DNA of 59,551 nucleotides from a virus. Taxonomy: Duplodnaviria > Caudoviricetes. The notes under the pieces are model-generated. The model was not told where the DNA came from. It saw only the letters and a program-made list of their open reading frames with translations, and searched no databases. Shown here piece by piece: positions 7,591 to 16,568 of the stretch (positions are counted from its first letter, which is position 1; each line of letters starts with the position of its first letter). The stretch is taken from IMG/VR virus record IMGVR_UViG_3300036768_001410, positions 1 through 59,551 of that record, one strand, 5' to 3'. The translations under genes were made by a program, and so were the position numbers.

Positions 7591-8364
7591 ATGAATCTGA
7601 ACGAACTCGTGGCGCAGGCGGAACAACGACTCCAAGAAAACGAACCCTTACGCCAAAGCTTATACCAACTCGGTATAACCGATAACACCATAAAGACCTT
7701 CAAGATAGGATACGCCGAAGGCATCACTCCACTCACTGAAGTGGATAACATTGGCGTATATTTCTACTACCCCGACGAAGACATCACACCACTTAATAAA
7801 CCTTCCGATATTATCGGATTATGTACATATAAAGGCATCACTATACCACTCACTGAAAAAGAAGATATTATCGGAGTATATGTCTACAAGCTTGAAGACC
7901 ACACTATAAAACCCCATACGCTCATAGGAGATAACTCCATAATTTGGAACTCCTATTCCATAAGTAGGTCTAATCTAAAGCCGGTAGTTATAACTAATAG
8001 CGTTATACATGCCTTAATGGTGCATGAGTGCGTGGGGGATATTGTAAACACCATTGCAATTGAGTGGACAGACCCAGATATTCATCCTGAGTATTTGGAT
8101 TGTATAGGCAAGATACTTTTATCCCCTGTTATAGTTATGGCTCCTATATGTGAGGACGATATTTGGTATCTTCAGGAGTGGGAGAAGACTTTCAGATACT
8201 ACCGTTCTGAGTTGAAATTGACTTGGGTTTTTAACAAGAGGGGCTGTCTGAGTTACGAGGAAAGCATCAACATTGACTTGGCTAGAAGCGCCGTCAACGG
8301 TCTTCGTAGCCATATAGAATACAAAATCGAAGAGGCTCTCCGCCGGACTGAAGACGAAGAATGA
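7591..8364 (+). CDS. Degenerate DnaG-primase-like protein
   Basis: LYQLGITDNTIKTFKIGYA matches the DnaG catalytic-core N-terminus; the TOPRIM EG..D position reads TNSVIH. Confidence 0.45.
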   Translation: MNLNELVAQAEQRLQENEPLRQSLYQLGITDNTIKTFKIGYAEGITPLTEVDNIGVYFYYPDEDITPLNKPSDIIGLCTYKGITIPLTEKEDIIGVYVYKLEDHTIKPHTLIGDNSIIWNSYSISRSNLKPVVITNSVIHALMVHECVGDIVNTIAIEWTDPDIHPEYLDCIGKILLSPVIVMAPICEDDIWYLQEWEKTFRYYRSELKLTWVFNKRGCLSYEESINIDLARSAVNGLRSHIEYKIEEALRRTEDEE

Positions 8365-8367
8365 GCT

Positions 8368-9234
8368 ATGCCCTACCTGCTGGTAACCGCAGACGCGCGG
8401 CATATCCCCCTGAGAGACGAGAGCGTTCAATGCGTGGTGACCTCGCCTCCGTATTACGGGCTACGTAACTACGGCGTGCCGGGGCAGATAGGGTTGGAAC
8501 CTACTCCTGAAGAGTACGTGTCCAACATCGTATCCGTGTTGAGGGAGGTAAGGCGCGTATTACGCCGTGACGGAACTGTCTGGATTAACTTGGGCGACAC
8601 CTATGCCAACATCGGTCGGGACACCTACCATCAAGGGCCATACAACAGTCGTATACAAGCAACAACGCGGTACCGCTTTGAAAACGAACGTAGAAACTTG
8701 AAAGGTCATCCCATATTCAAAGACAAGGACTTGATGATGATACCGCACCGAGTCGCCATTGCCGCTCAGGAAGACGGCTGGTGGGTCAGATGCGACATCG
8801 TTTGGGACAAGCCCAACGCACTACCAGAGCCAGTGAAGGATAGACCCACATACGCTCATGAGTACATCTTCCTACTCACGAAGAGTAGGACTTACTATTA
8901 CGATGCCGATGCTATTCGTGAGCCGATAGCCCAATCCCGCCAAGAGCACAGCAGGCTAAAGAACAAGCGCAGTGTGTGGAGGGTTCCAACCGATTCGTTC
9001 AAGGATGCGCATTTCGCTGTGTTTCCGCCGGATTTGATAGAGCCGTGCATCTTAGCGGGGTCTCGGCCTGGGGACATCGTGCTCGACCCCTTTTCAGGTT
9101 CCGGCACGACCGGGTTTGTGTGCGCCAAGCACGGACGCATCTACATCGGCCTTGACCGCAACCACGCCTACCACGAGCTAGCCAAAAAGCGAATTGAGCC
9201 TGAAGCTCAACAAGAAAAGCTACTTCTCCCGTAA
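8368..9234 (+). CDS. Orphan beta-class N4-C/N6-A DNA methyltransferase
   Basis: TSPPY motif IV at the N-terminus, HFAVFP, VLDPFSGSGTT motif I at the C-terminus. Confidence 0.92.
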   Translation: MPYLLVTADARHIPLRDESVQCVVTSPPYYGLRNYGVPGQIGLEPTPEEYVSNIVSVLREVRRVLRRDGTVWINLGDTYANIGRDTYHQGPYNSRIQATTRYRFENERRNLKGHPIFKDKDLMMIPHRVAIAAQEDGWWVRCDIVWDKPNALPEPVKDRPTYAHEYIFLLTKSRTYYYDADAIREPIAQSRQEHSRLKNKRSVWRVPTDSFKDAHFAVFPPDLIEPCILAGSRPGDIVLDPFSGSGTTGFVCAKHGRIYIGLDRNHAYHELAKKRIEPEAQQEKLLLP

Positions 9235-9256
9235 CCTTTTCCCGGTTTCGTGCGTT
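9231..9256 (+). promoter_or_regulatory. Putative ECF (middle) promoter GTAAC-N17-CGTT
   Basis: Motif match upstream of the replication initiator genes. Confidence 0.6.
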
Positions 9257-9448
9257 AATGATAAGTGGATAGACGCGGTTCCGGCTGGCCCCCGGCGACC
9301 GCAAAGTGAGGCTATCCCTGTGTGCCTCAGCCGCGTCTAGCCCTCCAGAGTCTCAACAGGGAGAGAGCCATGAATTCCGACCACAATCTACGTCCCTATT
9401 CTCAATCCTCAACACACCCTCAAACTCTGCCATTCAGGAGCAAAGTCT

Positions 9449-9841
9449 ATGTCCACAGAGAAAGAGTCTGTGCACAAGACACTTGTGCGGAAAATGCTCG
9501 CCCGAAAGATTGAGTCGTTAACGAGGGATGATGTGCTGTCCGTACCCAAGGACTTCCTTCACCTGACCCAAAACGCTAACGCGGCACTGATACTGGCACT
9601 GGCTTGTGAATATAGCACCGCCGTGCCTAACGGCTGGTTCCAAAAGAGCCAGAAAGAATGGACTGAGGAAACGTCTCTCACACGAGGAGAGACCGAACGT
9701 GCGCGGAAACTCCTCCGAGAGAAAGGGTTCCTCGAAGAGAAACAAGAGGGCCCAGGAGAGACTCTTCACTTTCGAGTGAACGGATGGAACCTTTATCGCG
9801 CCCTCACCGCCCTGAAGAATGGGAAGGAGCCCATCCAATGA
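9449..9841 (+). CDS. Short replication-initiator wHTH paralog
   Basis: DFLHLTQNANAALIL...GWFQKSQKEW..ETERARKLLREKGFLEE, nearly the same as the N-domain of the next gene. Confidence 0.7.
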   Translation: MSTEKESVHKTLVRKMLARKIESLTRDDVLSVPKDFLHLTQNANAALILALACEYSTAVPNGWFQKSQKEWTEETSLTRGETERARKLLREKGFLEEKQEGPGETLHFRVNGWNLYRALTALKNGKEPIQ

Positions 9842-11649
9842 GCGGCAACGAAAACGGAAAGGGTAAGAGCACAGGAAGTATGGCCTATCGAAGCGAGGTG
9901 TCCCGTCAGATTGGCGAATTTACAAGCCCACGCGTGATATGCCTAAGAACGGACTTCATTCACATTACAGGAAGCCACAACGCCGCACTGCTATTGAGTC
10001 AAGCGTTCTACTGGTTTCAGAAGGCAAAAGACCCTGACGGCTGGTTCCAAAAGAGCCAACGGCAATGGACACGAGAACTAGGCCTCTCTCGATTTGAGAC
10101 AGAAACCGCACGGAAAATCCTCCGCGAGAAAGGATTTCTCGAAGAGAGATGCGAGGGGCCTCGAAAGCCCACCTCCTACCGAGTGAATGAACAGAAACTC
10201 TTGGACGCCCTCTTGCAATATGCTAGTAACTCGCATATTGCTAGTAACTCGCATATTGCTAGTAACTCGCATATTGCTAGTAACTCGCATAGCCAACAGT
10301 ATGCTAGTAAGTCGCAATATGCGGCCGACTCGCATAGTCAGCAATATGCGAATAGCCCGCAATATGCGACTAACTCGCATAGCCAGCAATATGCGAATAA
10401 CTCGCAATATGTGGCCGACTCGCATAGTTATACGCAAGAAACTCACATGCGAAAAACTAGCACCCTTGGAGACTATAGTACCCTGGGTACTATAGTACCA
10501 GGGTTATCTTCTTCTTCTTCCTTAGAAGAAGAAGAAGAAGATAACCTCGGTACTATAGAGATTAACACCCCCTTCCTTAAGGTTTCCCCCTCACCGGGTG
10601 AAACCTGGTCTGAAGAAGAGAAAAAAGAAGAACCAGAACCAGAAGAAGGTCTCGAAGGTATCGAATGGGCGAAGGACGTTCGAGAGGGTCGTGGTGTATC
10701 GGAGGTGGTCGAGAGGCCCGACACCAAGTCGGAAGTCAAAACCGCTTTCGGTACGGCCGAAGAGGAGTCAGAGCCCTTTCGTAATTCTCTTTCGTCCTCG
10801 GACCAGGGCCCGGAAAACATTAGAGAAGGTCGGTCGAAGGATGGAAACGACGAGGAGGTCTCCCTCGACTCGAAATCGAGTGGACTATCGGCTGAAGGTA
10901 CGGGAGAGTACTCTTCTGCCTCGAAGGCGTCTGAACAACCGGTAGGACAAGAATCAACTTCCGCCGCCGCGCCGCCCGCCTCCGACGCCGCTCTGCCTGT
11001 CCCCGCCGCATCACTGCCCGCCACGGCGGCTTCGTCCGCGCCTGCTTCGCCTCGCCGTCGAGGAAAGAGACGAAGCATTCCCTATGCTGAGCGGCTCTGG
11101 AACGAGTGGCAGGCTCGGTTTCTTCCCTCAGAGCGGCGCGCCTTCGGACTTACTCACACGCTCAAAGAGTCCGAAACGATTCTTGCCCTGAGGGAAATAG
11201 AGAAAAGCGGCGTCCCGTATAAGAACCTTTCCGACGTCCTCCAACAGGCGTTGGGTAACTACGACCTCAACAAGAACCCAATGAGGATGCCCGTAAAGCA
11301 CTTCAACTACTTCCACAACTTCTTCGTTAACGCCGCCGATAGATATCATCACATAACACGAGCGCTAGCAAACCTCGGCACCCCGTATCGTGACGGCCAT
11401 CGGCGAGAACGCGTGATTCTCGACTACGAGGCCGAAGCCTACCCCAAAGAAGAAAGTCAGTTCGAGGAGTTCCTTCTCGCAGTCCACGACGAATTCGGCC
11501 TAACGGATGCAATACTCGAAGACCCCGACCTCCGTAATCATGTGGCACGAATCGCCGTGAACCATTTCGGATACGACCGGACACAACTCATAGAAATCAA
11601 CCGCTACATTGCCAACTTCCTCTCCGAACTGAAAGGAGACCCCAAATGA
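9838..11649 (+). CDS. Lambda-O-like replication initiator containing the origin
   Basis: N-terminal wHTH, internal iterons, directly upstream of DnaB; ATGA coupling at 9838. Confidence 0.75.
   Translation: MSGNENGKGKSTGSMAYRSEVSRQIGEFTSPRVICLRTDFIHITGSHNAALLLSQAFYWFQKAKDPDGWFQKSQRQWTRELGLSRFETETARKILREKGFLEERCEGPRKPTSYRVNEQKLLDALLQYASNSHIASNSHIASNSHIASNSHSQQYASKSQYAADSHSQQYANSPQYATNSHSQQYANNSQYVADSHSYTQETHMRKTSTLGDYSTLGTIVPGLSSSSSLEEEEEDNLGTIEINTPFLKVSPSPGETWSEEEKKEEPEPEEGLEGIEWAKDVREGRGVSEVVERPDTKSEVKTAFGTAEEESEPFRNSLSSSDQGPENIREGRSKDGNDEEVSLDSKSSGLSAEGTGEYSSASKASEQPVGQESTSAAAPPASDAALPVPAASLPATAASSAPASPRRRGKRRSIPYAERLWNEWQARFLPSERRAFGLTHTLKESETILALREIEKSGVPYKNLSDVLQQALGNYDLNKNPMRMPVKHFNYFHNFFVNAADRYHHITRALANLGTPYRDGHRRERVILDYEAEAYPKEESQFEEFLLAVHDEFGLTDAILEDPDLRNHVARIAVNHFGYDRTQLIEINRYIANFLSELKGDPK
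10218..10463. repeat. 18-bp iterons (putative replication origin)
   Basis: Four tandem near-perfect ATTGCTAGTAACTCGCAT copies, then degenerate ATGCG-N7-CGCA copies. Confidence 0.8.
10472..10558. repeat. Overlapping palindromes next to the iterons
   Basis: ACTATAGTACCC-T-GGGTACTATAGT (10472-10496) and CTATAGTACC..GGTTATCTTCTTCTTCTTC / GAAGAAGAAGAAGATAACC..GGTACTATAG (10490-10558). Confidence 0.8.
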
Positions 11650-13049
11650 GGAACATCAGAAAGAAGAGCACCATGTCCAAGCCGTTGCACAAACCCAACA
11701 AACCCAACAAAACCGACACTGAATTGTTGCCGGCGGAGATGAGTGAATCCGAATACCTAATCGAAATGGCAATCCTCAGCTGTTGCATCCATTCCGAAGA
11801 GCACGTGGCCGTTGCAAAGGCGGGATTGCCAACTTCAGGACAGGTGTTCCGGCTGCCCAAAAACCAGATAATTTGGGAAGCGATAAAGGAACTACATCAA
11901 CAGGGGATTCCCATTGACCTCTTGTCCATGACAAAACACTTGAAGGAAAAGGGACTTCTCGACAAAGCCGGAGGGGTAGAATACCTGTATCACCTAACGG
12001 ACGTGTATCTCTGCGGGGAAAACCTAGAATGGTATATCTCTCAACAAGTAGAAGTTTCCAAGCGTATGTATTTGGTTGAGATGGGGAGAATGATATCAGG
12101 AGGAGCCTTGTACGGGAACCTCTCTATGGAAGACCTCGAAGAGAGAGTCGAACTACTAGTCCGCCGGCTTGAGGAGAAATCTCCTGTCTCTATCAAGAAC
12201 ACCGCGCAGCAGATTGCCACCACCATCGCCCAAACGAAAGAACGTATTCACAGCGGGAACCTCGGTGGCATCCCAACGGGACTTCCCTCTCTTGATTACC
12301 TTATTGGTGGTCTGGTTCCTAGGCAAATGGTGATTGTGGCGGGACGACCTTCAATGGGCAAATCCGCGTTGGCCTTTCAAATCGCCACTCACGTTGCCCT
12401 GCGTGAGAATAAAGGCGCGATTATCTTTTCCTGCGAGATGAACTATGCCGACGTATGGAGGCGAATTATCTGTGGCGAAGCCAAAATCAATTCCCACCAA
12501 CTCCTCATGGGAGACCCTGACCACCATTGGGATGACTTTGAAACTACCGCAAACGCGCTCGCTAACACGCCACTCATCGTGGACGACTCCGCCAATATCA
12601 CCATCTCTTATATCGAGGCTACATGCCGAGCCCTTGTCCAAAAGAGATTCCCGCTGAAACTGGTCGTGGTGGACTATATCCAATACATGATTCCAGAGGG
12701 GCAACGTAATATAGAGCTGCGAGAACGTGAAATCGCCGAGTTCTCACGCTCTCTCAAGCACATCGCCAGCGAGCTCAACGTCTCCCTGCTTGCGGTCTCC
12801 CAACTCAATCGAAGCGTCGAATCCCGCACCACTAAACGGCCTCTCCTCTCCGACCTGCGCGAATCCGGCGCCATCGAGCAAGACGCCGACATAGTCCTAG
12901 CCATCTACCGACCCTCTTACTACGAATACAATTCCCCAGACGAACCCGACGAAATCATCGTCCTCAAACACCGCAACGGACCCGTAGGAACTGCAAAAGT
13001 CAGGTTCAACCCCAACCTCGGTCGCTTCTTTGAGCTGGATGCCTTCTAA
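11646..13049 (+). CDS. dnaB: Replicative DNA helicase DnaB
   Basis: GIPTG, AGRPSMGKS, FSCEM, VVDYIQ, SQLNR, LSDLRESGAIEQDAD, KHRNGP. Confidence 0.96.
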   Translation: MRNIRKKSTMSKPLHKPNKPNKTDTELLPAEMSESEYLIEMAILSCCIHSEEHVAVAKAGLPTSGQVFRLPKNQIIWEAIKELHQQGIPIDLLSMTKHLKEKGLLDKAGGVEYLYHLTDVYLCGENLEWYISQQVEVSKRMYLVEMGRMISGGALYGNLSMEDLEERVELLVRRLEEKSPVSIKNTAQQIATTIAQTKERIHSGNLGGIPTGLPSLDYLIGGLVPRQMVIVAGRPSMGKSALAFQIATHVALRENKGAIIFSCEMNYADVWRRIICGEAKINSHQLLMGDPDHHWDDFETTANALANTPLIVDDSANITISYIEATCRALVQKRFPLKLVVVDYIQYMIPEGQRNIELREREIAEFSRSLKHIASELNVSLLAVSQLNRSVESRTTKRPLLSDLRESGAIEQDADIVLAIYRPSYYEYNSPDEPDEIIVLKHRNGPVGTAKVRFNPNLGRFFELDAF

Positions 13050-13180
13050 AACGCACAAAATCGCCCGTAGGGACGTTCCAACACACGCTCCCGTATCCGA
13101 AGTATCCCGAACCCCTCCGACGTCCCTACGGTCAAATCTGTGCGTTTTTCGACCTTCCACAACCCTGATGTAACTAACCC
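13048..13180. repeat. Long palindromic element, copy 1, with downstream ECF-like promoter
   Basis: Arms AAAACGCACA..CCGTAGGGACGT / ACGTCCCTACGG..TGTGCGTTTT; homologous to 13973-14122 and 51345-51445. Confidence 0.8.
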
Positions 13181-13213
13181 CCTACGGTCGCTGTATAGTG
13201 CAATGGTCAGGAG

Positions 13214-13954
13214 GTGACGAAAATGAAATTGAAGTCGTGTTGCGAGTTGGTCGAAGCTAAAACAACGAACGAAAAGGACGCTAGGCCATGGATGACCGGA
13301 ACGGAATTGATGGAAGCACTCGCAAGGGAATACATAGTGGAGGGGCTTCTTCCATACGGACTCTCGGTTCTCGTAGGAAGTCCCAAAACTGGAAAGTCCT
13401 TTCTCGCGCTTGACATTGCCGCTGGGGTAGCTAGTGGAAAGCCTGTGCTCGGTAGGCGCGGTTGCTGCGTGCAGGGCGGTGTCATCATGCTCGCTTTGGA
13501 TGACACCGAGCACCGTCTTTCCCGACGCCTGATGCCTTACCGGGAACGAGACCTATCGAGTCTGTACTTCGCATTGGAGTGGCGTCGGATGGACGATGGG
13601 GGGCTTGAAGACCTTCGGTTAGCTCTAGACGAGCATCCAGACACACGGCTGCTGGTGATAGATGGCTTCCCGCGTATTATCACGAAGCGGCGCATCTCGA
13701 ACGCCTTTGCGGCATTAAAGAGCCTAGCAGATGAGCGAAATGTCGCCGTGCTGGTTGTGCTCCCTATCCTACCCCCCAACACGGCCACTGTGGACACTCT
13801 TCTGTTCCTCCTAAGGGGATTTGGAAGGGAAGAAGCAGTGCTCCAAGTTACCAGCAGGGATACCAGAACAAAGGAACTGTCTCTAAAATTCAGACCCGAC
13901 AGCCCCTCTCGAATGCCGTGGACAGAGACGTGGATAGAGATGATGGAGACGTGA
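13214..13954 (+). CDS. RecA-fold AAA_25/RepA-like ATPase
   Basis: YIVEGLLPYGLSVLVGSPKTGKS Walker A, LALDD, LLVIDG Walker B. Confidence 0.85.
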   Translation: MTKMKLKSCCELVEAKTTNEKDARPWMTGTELMEALAREYIVEGLLPYGLSVLVGSPKTGKSFLALDIAAGVASGKPVLGRRGCCVQGGVIMLALDDTEHRLSRRLMPYRERDLSSLYFALEWRRMDDGGLEDLRLALDEHPDTRLLVIDGFPRIITKRRISNAFAALKSLADERNVAVLVVLPILPPNTATVDTLLFLLRGFGREEAVLQVTSRDTRTKELSLKFRPDSPSRMPWTETWIEMMET

Positions 13955-13972
13955 ACGCCCCGGATAGTCGCC

Positions 13973-14122
13973 AAAAACGCACAAAATCGCCCGCAGGGAC
14001 GTTAGAGAAGGCCGGGGATACTTCCGATACGAGAGACTCCCCTCCGACGTCTCTACGGGCAAATGCGTGCGTTTTTCGACCTTCCACAAACCTGATGTAA
14101 CGAACCCGACCCAAGAGTCGTC
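13973..14122. repeat. Long palindromic element, copy 2, with GTAAC-N17-CGTC promoter
   Basis: Direct repeat of copy 1 but with the central core inverted. Confidence 0.8.
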
Positions 14123-14192
14123 TCTATATCCCAAAAGAATGCTAACCAACATGGCATTCTCTGCCTCACATTTCCTTCCGCCCCATGCTTCC

Positions 14193-14230
14193 GCCCCATG
14201 AAGCAAGTCCCCGTTGCATGGGGCTTTTTT
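14193..14230 (+). terminator. Possible intrinsic terminator
   Basis: GCCCCATG...CATGGGGC followed by TTTTTT. Confidence 0.5.
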
Positions 14231-14570
14231 CATGAAACGAATCCAGTGCCGGAAGCGTAAACAGTACTCGTAGTGTCTTGACGAAGGGAGACACTACACG
14301 GGTGTAGTTTTCCCCGCCTTTTCCATGTCTGCTGCTCCTTGCCTCGCGTTGAGCCCGTCCCCCTCAGTGCGAGGCATTTTTATTCCCTGACATTAACATG
14401 GCCCTTTCACGCTCGTATATTAACGCCAGCCTTTAATACCGCATGCCAACCCAGCGTATATGAAAGTCTGCCATTAATACAGCACTCCAAATCAGAGCCC
14501 GTACAGAGCCTTCGAGGATAGACTGCGCCTAGCTTAACTAAAAAGACCCCCGAATAGTCGTCTCCCCCTC

Positions 14571-14599
14571 TTGACAATGAAACGACGTTGGCGTATCTT
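14571..14599 (+). promoter_or_regulatory. Sigma70-type promoter upstream of ECF sigma 1
   Basis: TTGACA-N17-TATCTT. Confidence 0.55.
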
Positions 14600-14673
14600 A
14601 CGTAGTATGTATGGCGTAGACGAACTCTATTAGCGGCAGTCGCCGCTATTTCCGTAGGACAGGAAGGGAAAGT

Positions 14674-15282
14674 ATGTCAGGGAGCAGCTTGGACGATAGA
14701 GTCGAGGGATACGTGTCTCGTATTCTGAACGGGGAGGGGGAGGAGGAAGCGTTTGAGCGGTTGTATGAGGCGCTCAAGCCGTTGGTTCTTCAGAGAGCCC
14801 TCCGAGTTCTGAAGAACCGAACCGATGCGGAGGATGTCGTCCAGCTCGTATTCATACGGGTCTGGAAATGCATGTACCAATGGAATCCAGCCCGAGGTGC
14901 CTTCATGGGCTGGTTCAATGAGATAACTAAGAATATCATCATAGATGTTCTTAGGAATAATCGAAGGAGGAGAACTGACTATCTGTTTCAAAACGAGATT
15001 CTTGACGAAGAATTTCGTGAGAATCTCGTGTTTGAAACGAAGGAGAGGGTTGTTGCCTCCCCACATGAGGAGGTGGAGAGAAAGGAAATCATCGAAAAGG
15101 TTTTGGAGACGGTCGAGGGATTCGAGGATTCGCGGAAGCGACCGTGGAAGGCTCGATACCTGGACCATCTCAATGTCCGCGAAGTCGCGGACTTAGAAGG
15201 GAGGAATGAAAATACGATGAAGGTGGTGCTTCTTCGTACGAATCGGGCTATCAGAAACAAACTTGATTACATGTTGGTTTAG
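14674..15282 (+). CDS. ECF-type RNA polymerase sigma factor 1
   Basis: AFERLY...DAEDVVQLVFIRVW...WFNEITKNIIIDVLR (region 2); EVADLEGRNENTMKVVLLR (region 4). Confidence 0.9.
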   Translation: MSGSSLDDRVEGYVSRILNGEGEEEAFERLYEALKPLVLQRALRVLKNRTDAEDVVQLVFIRVWKCMYQWNPARGAFMGWFNEITKNIIIDVLRNNRRRRTDYLFQNEILDEEFRENLVFETKERVVASPHEEVERKEIIEKVLETVEGFEDSRKRPWKARYLDHLNVREVADLEGRNENTMKVVLLRTNRAIRNKLDYMLV

Positions 15283-15305
15283 GTGGGTTTAGGCTCTTCC
15301 CGCCG

Positions 15306-15347
15306 AAAAGAAAAGCCGATGGAAAAATCCATCGGCTTTATTTTTTT
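15306..15347. terminator. Bidirectional terminator
   Basis: AAAGCCGATGGA-AAAA-TCCATCGGCTTT with A and T tracts, between convergent genes. Confidence 0.85.
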
Positions 15348-15363
15348 GCGATTCCTCCAAGCC

Positions 15364-15900
15364 TTATTTTATCACAACGCCCTCTTCCTTTACATCACTA
15401 GGAGATATTTCTTTTGCGGTTATCATGATTCTGTATGTAAATCCATAGAACAACGATTCGTCCGTGAAATATTCCTGCCACCAAGCAAACGTCCCTTGTT
15501 GACCAGCGGCTAGAATTTTTGGATAGTAGACTCCAAAAGAGCCCAACTCTGGATTTGGAGATAAAGGCGTTGACGATTTAATCGGCTCAACAGAAATCGA
15601 GAAATCGTCAATCTTATAATTCTTTGTGGCCCTCATTACGCCCTCGAAAACTACACCAAATATAATATTTCCATTTGCGAGGGTTTGCGTATAAATTCCA
15701 TCGCGTTGAATCTCAATATATAGTGGCGACCCTAAAAGGTCGAGTTTCAATGTCGCCAATTTGATTTCGTTGGGGATAGTGGTCGTCACTGTTACGGAGG
15801 GCTTTTCCGCTGTTGGTAGCGTAGGAGGGCTATCATCCCCGCAGCCCAGAAAAAGCCACAAGAAAAATATACCTAAGGCTAGATGAGTCAATCGTCTCAT
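15364..15900 (-). CDS. Lipoprotein
   Basis: MRRLTHLALGIFFLWLFLGC signal peptide and lipobox. Confidence 0.7.
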   Translation of the reverse strand: MRRLTHLALGIFFLWLFLGCGDDSPPTLPTAEKPSVTVTTTIPNEIKLATLKLDLLGSPLYIEIQRDGIYTQTLANGNIIFGVVFEGVMRATKNYKIDDFSISVEPIKSSTPLSPNPELGSFGVYYPKILAAGQQGTFAWWQEYFTDESLFYGFTYRIMITAKEISPSDVKEEGVVIK

Positions 15901-16220
15901 CGAGACCCCCTCCCATCTATCTTGTTGTCAATAGCATCAATCTTAGATTCGATTCTTTCAAGGCGCTGGAAGAGAGCTGAGTAATTTGCTTCTGTGATTG
16001 CTATCTTTTTATTGAGTTCTCCTATAGAGGCAATAAATTCCGCTTTCGATACAGCGTTTTGGCTTGTAGACCACGATAGGATTACCGCGCTGATTAACGC
16101 GATAATTCCTGCCGAAATAAGAGTCCTCAGCAAAGTCGTATCGAGCCAATAGTTCTTTTCGGGCTCTCGTGTATTATCCATAGGATATTCCCTTTCGATT
16201 CGAGTTGGGGTGTCTCTCAT
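15897..16220 (-). CDS. Single-TM coiled-coil membrane protein (holin- or spanin-like)
   Basis: TM LISAGIIALISAVILSW, then heptads LERIESKIDAI; 4-bp overlap with the lipoprotein gene. Confidence 0.55.
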   Translation of the reverse strand: MRDTPTRIEREYPMDNTREPEKNYWLDTTLLRTLISAGIIALISAVILSWSTSQNAVSKAEFIASIGELNKKIAITEANYSALFQRLERIESKIDAIDNKIDGRGSR

Positions 16221-16224
16221 ATAC

Positions 16225-16256
16225 TTGTAATGATTGAAGCGTGCTGTGGCATTACA
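16225..16256 (+). promoter_or_regulatory. Putative late promoter GTAAT-N17-GCATT (possibly bidirectional)
   Basis: The same motif occurs at 21442 and 34503, with a variant at 42650. Confidence 0.6.
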
Positions 16257-16301
16257 AATAATAGAGATATCGGGTTCTTTTAGCGAAGGAGGCTTGCCAT
16301 T

Positions 16302-16562
16302 ATGTCTGCACGGTTCACCCTAGACAAGAAGGACTTCAAGAAGATTTTGCGCGGCGCATCGGTTGCCGCCGTAGGAGTTATTTTGACTGGAACAACAGAA
16401 CTCGTGCTGAAGACTGACCTTGGCAACTGGACTCCTTACGTGGTTGCAGGGTGGTCTGTTGTTGCCAATGCAGTTCGTAAGTGGATTTCCAATGAACCAG
16501 AAACGGGATGTACTCCCTCAGATGTCTTGGAATTTCCTCCCCAAGACGTAAAGAAACCATAG
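16302..16562 (+). CDS. Holin-like two-TM protein
   Basis: Two hydrophobic segments, basic N-terminus, AGGAGG SD. Confidence 0.5.
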   Translation: MSARFTLDKKDFKKILRGASVAAVGVILTGTTELVLKTDLGNWTPYVVAGWSVVANAVRKWISNEPETGCTPSDVLEFPPQDVKKP

Positions 16563-16568
16563 CGGCAC

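Noticed and set aside
6077-7635. Minus-strand ORFs with repeated ARS motifs (6077-6367, 7113-7421, 7228-7635)
   Set aside because: Translation artefacts of the 36-nt array period
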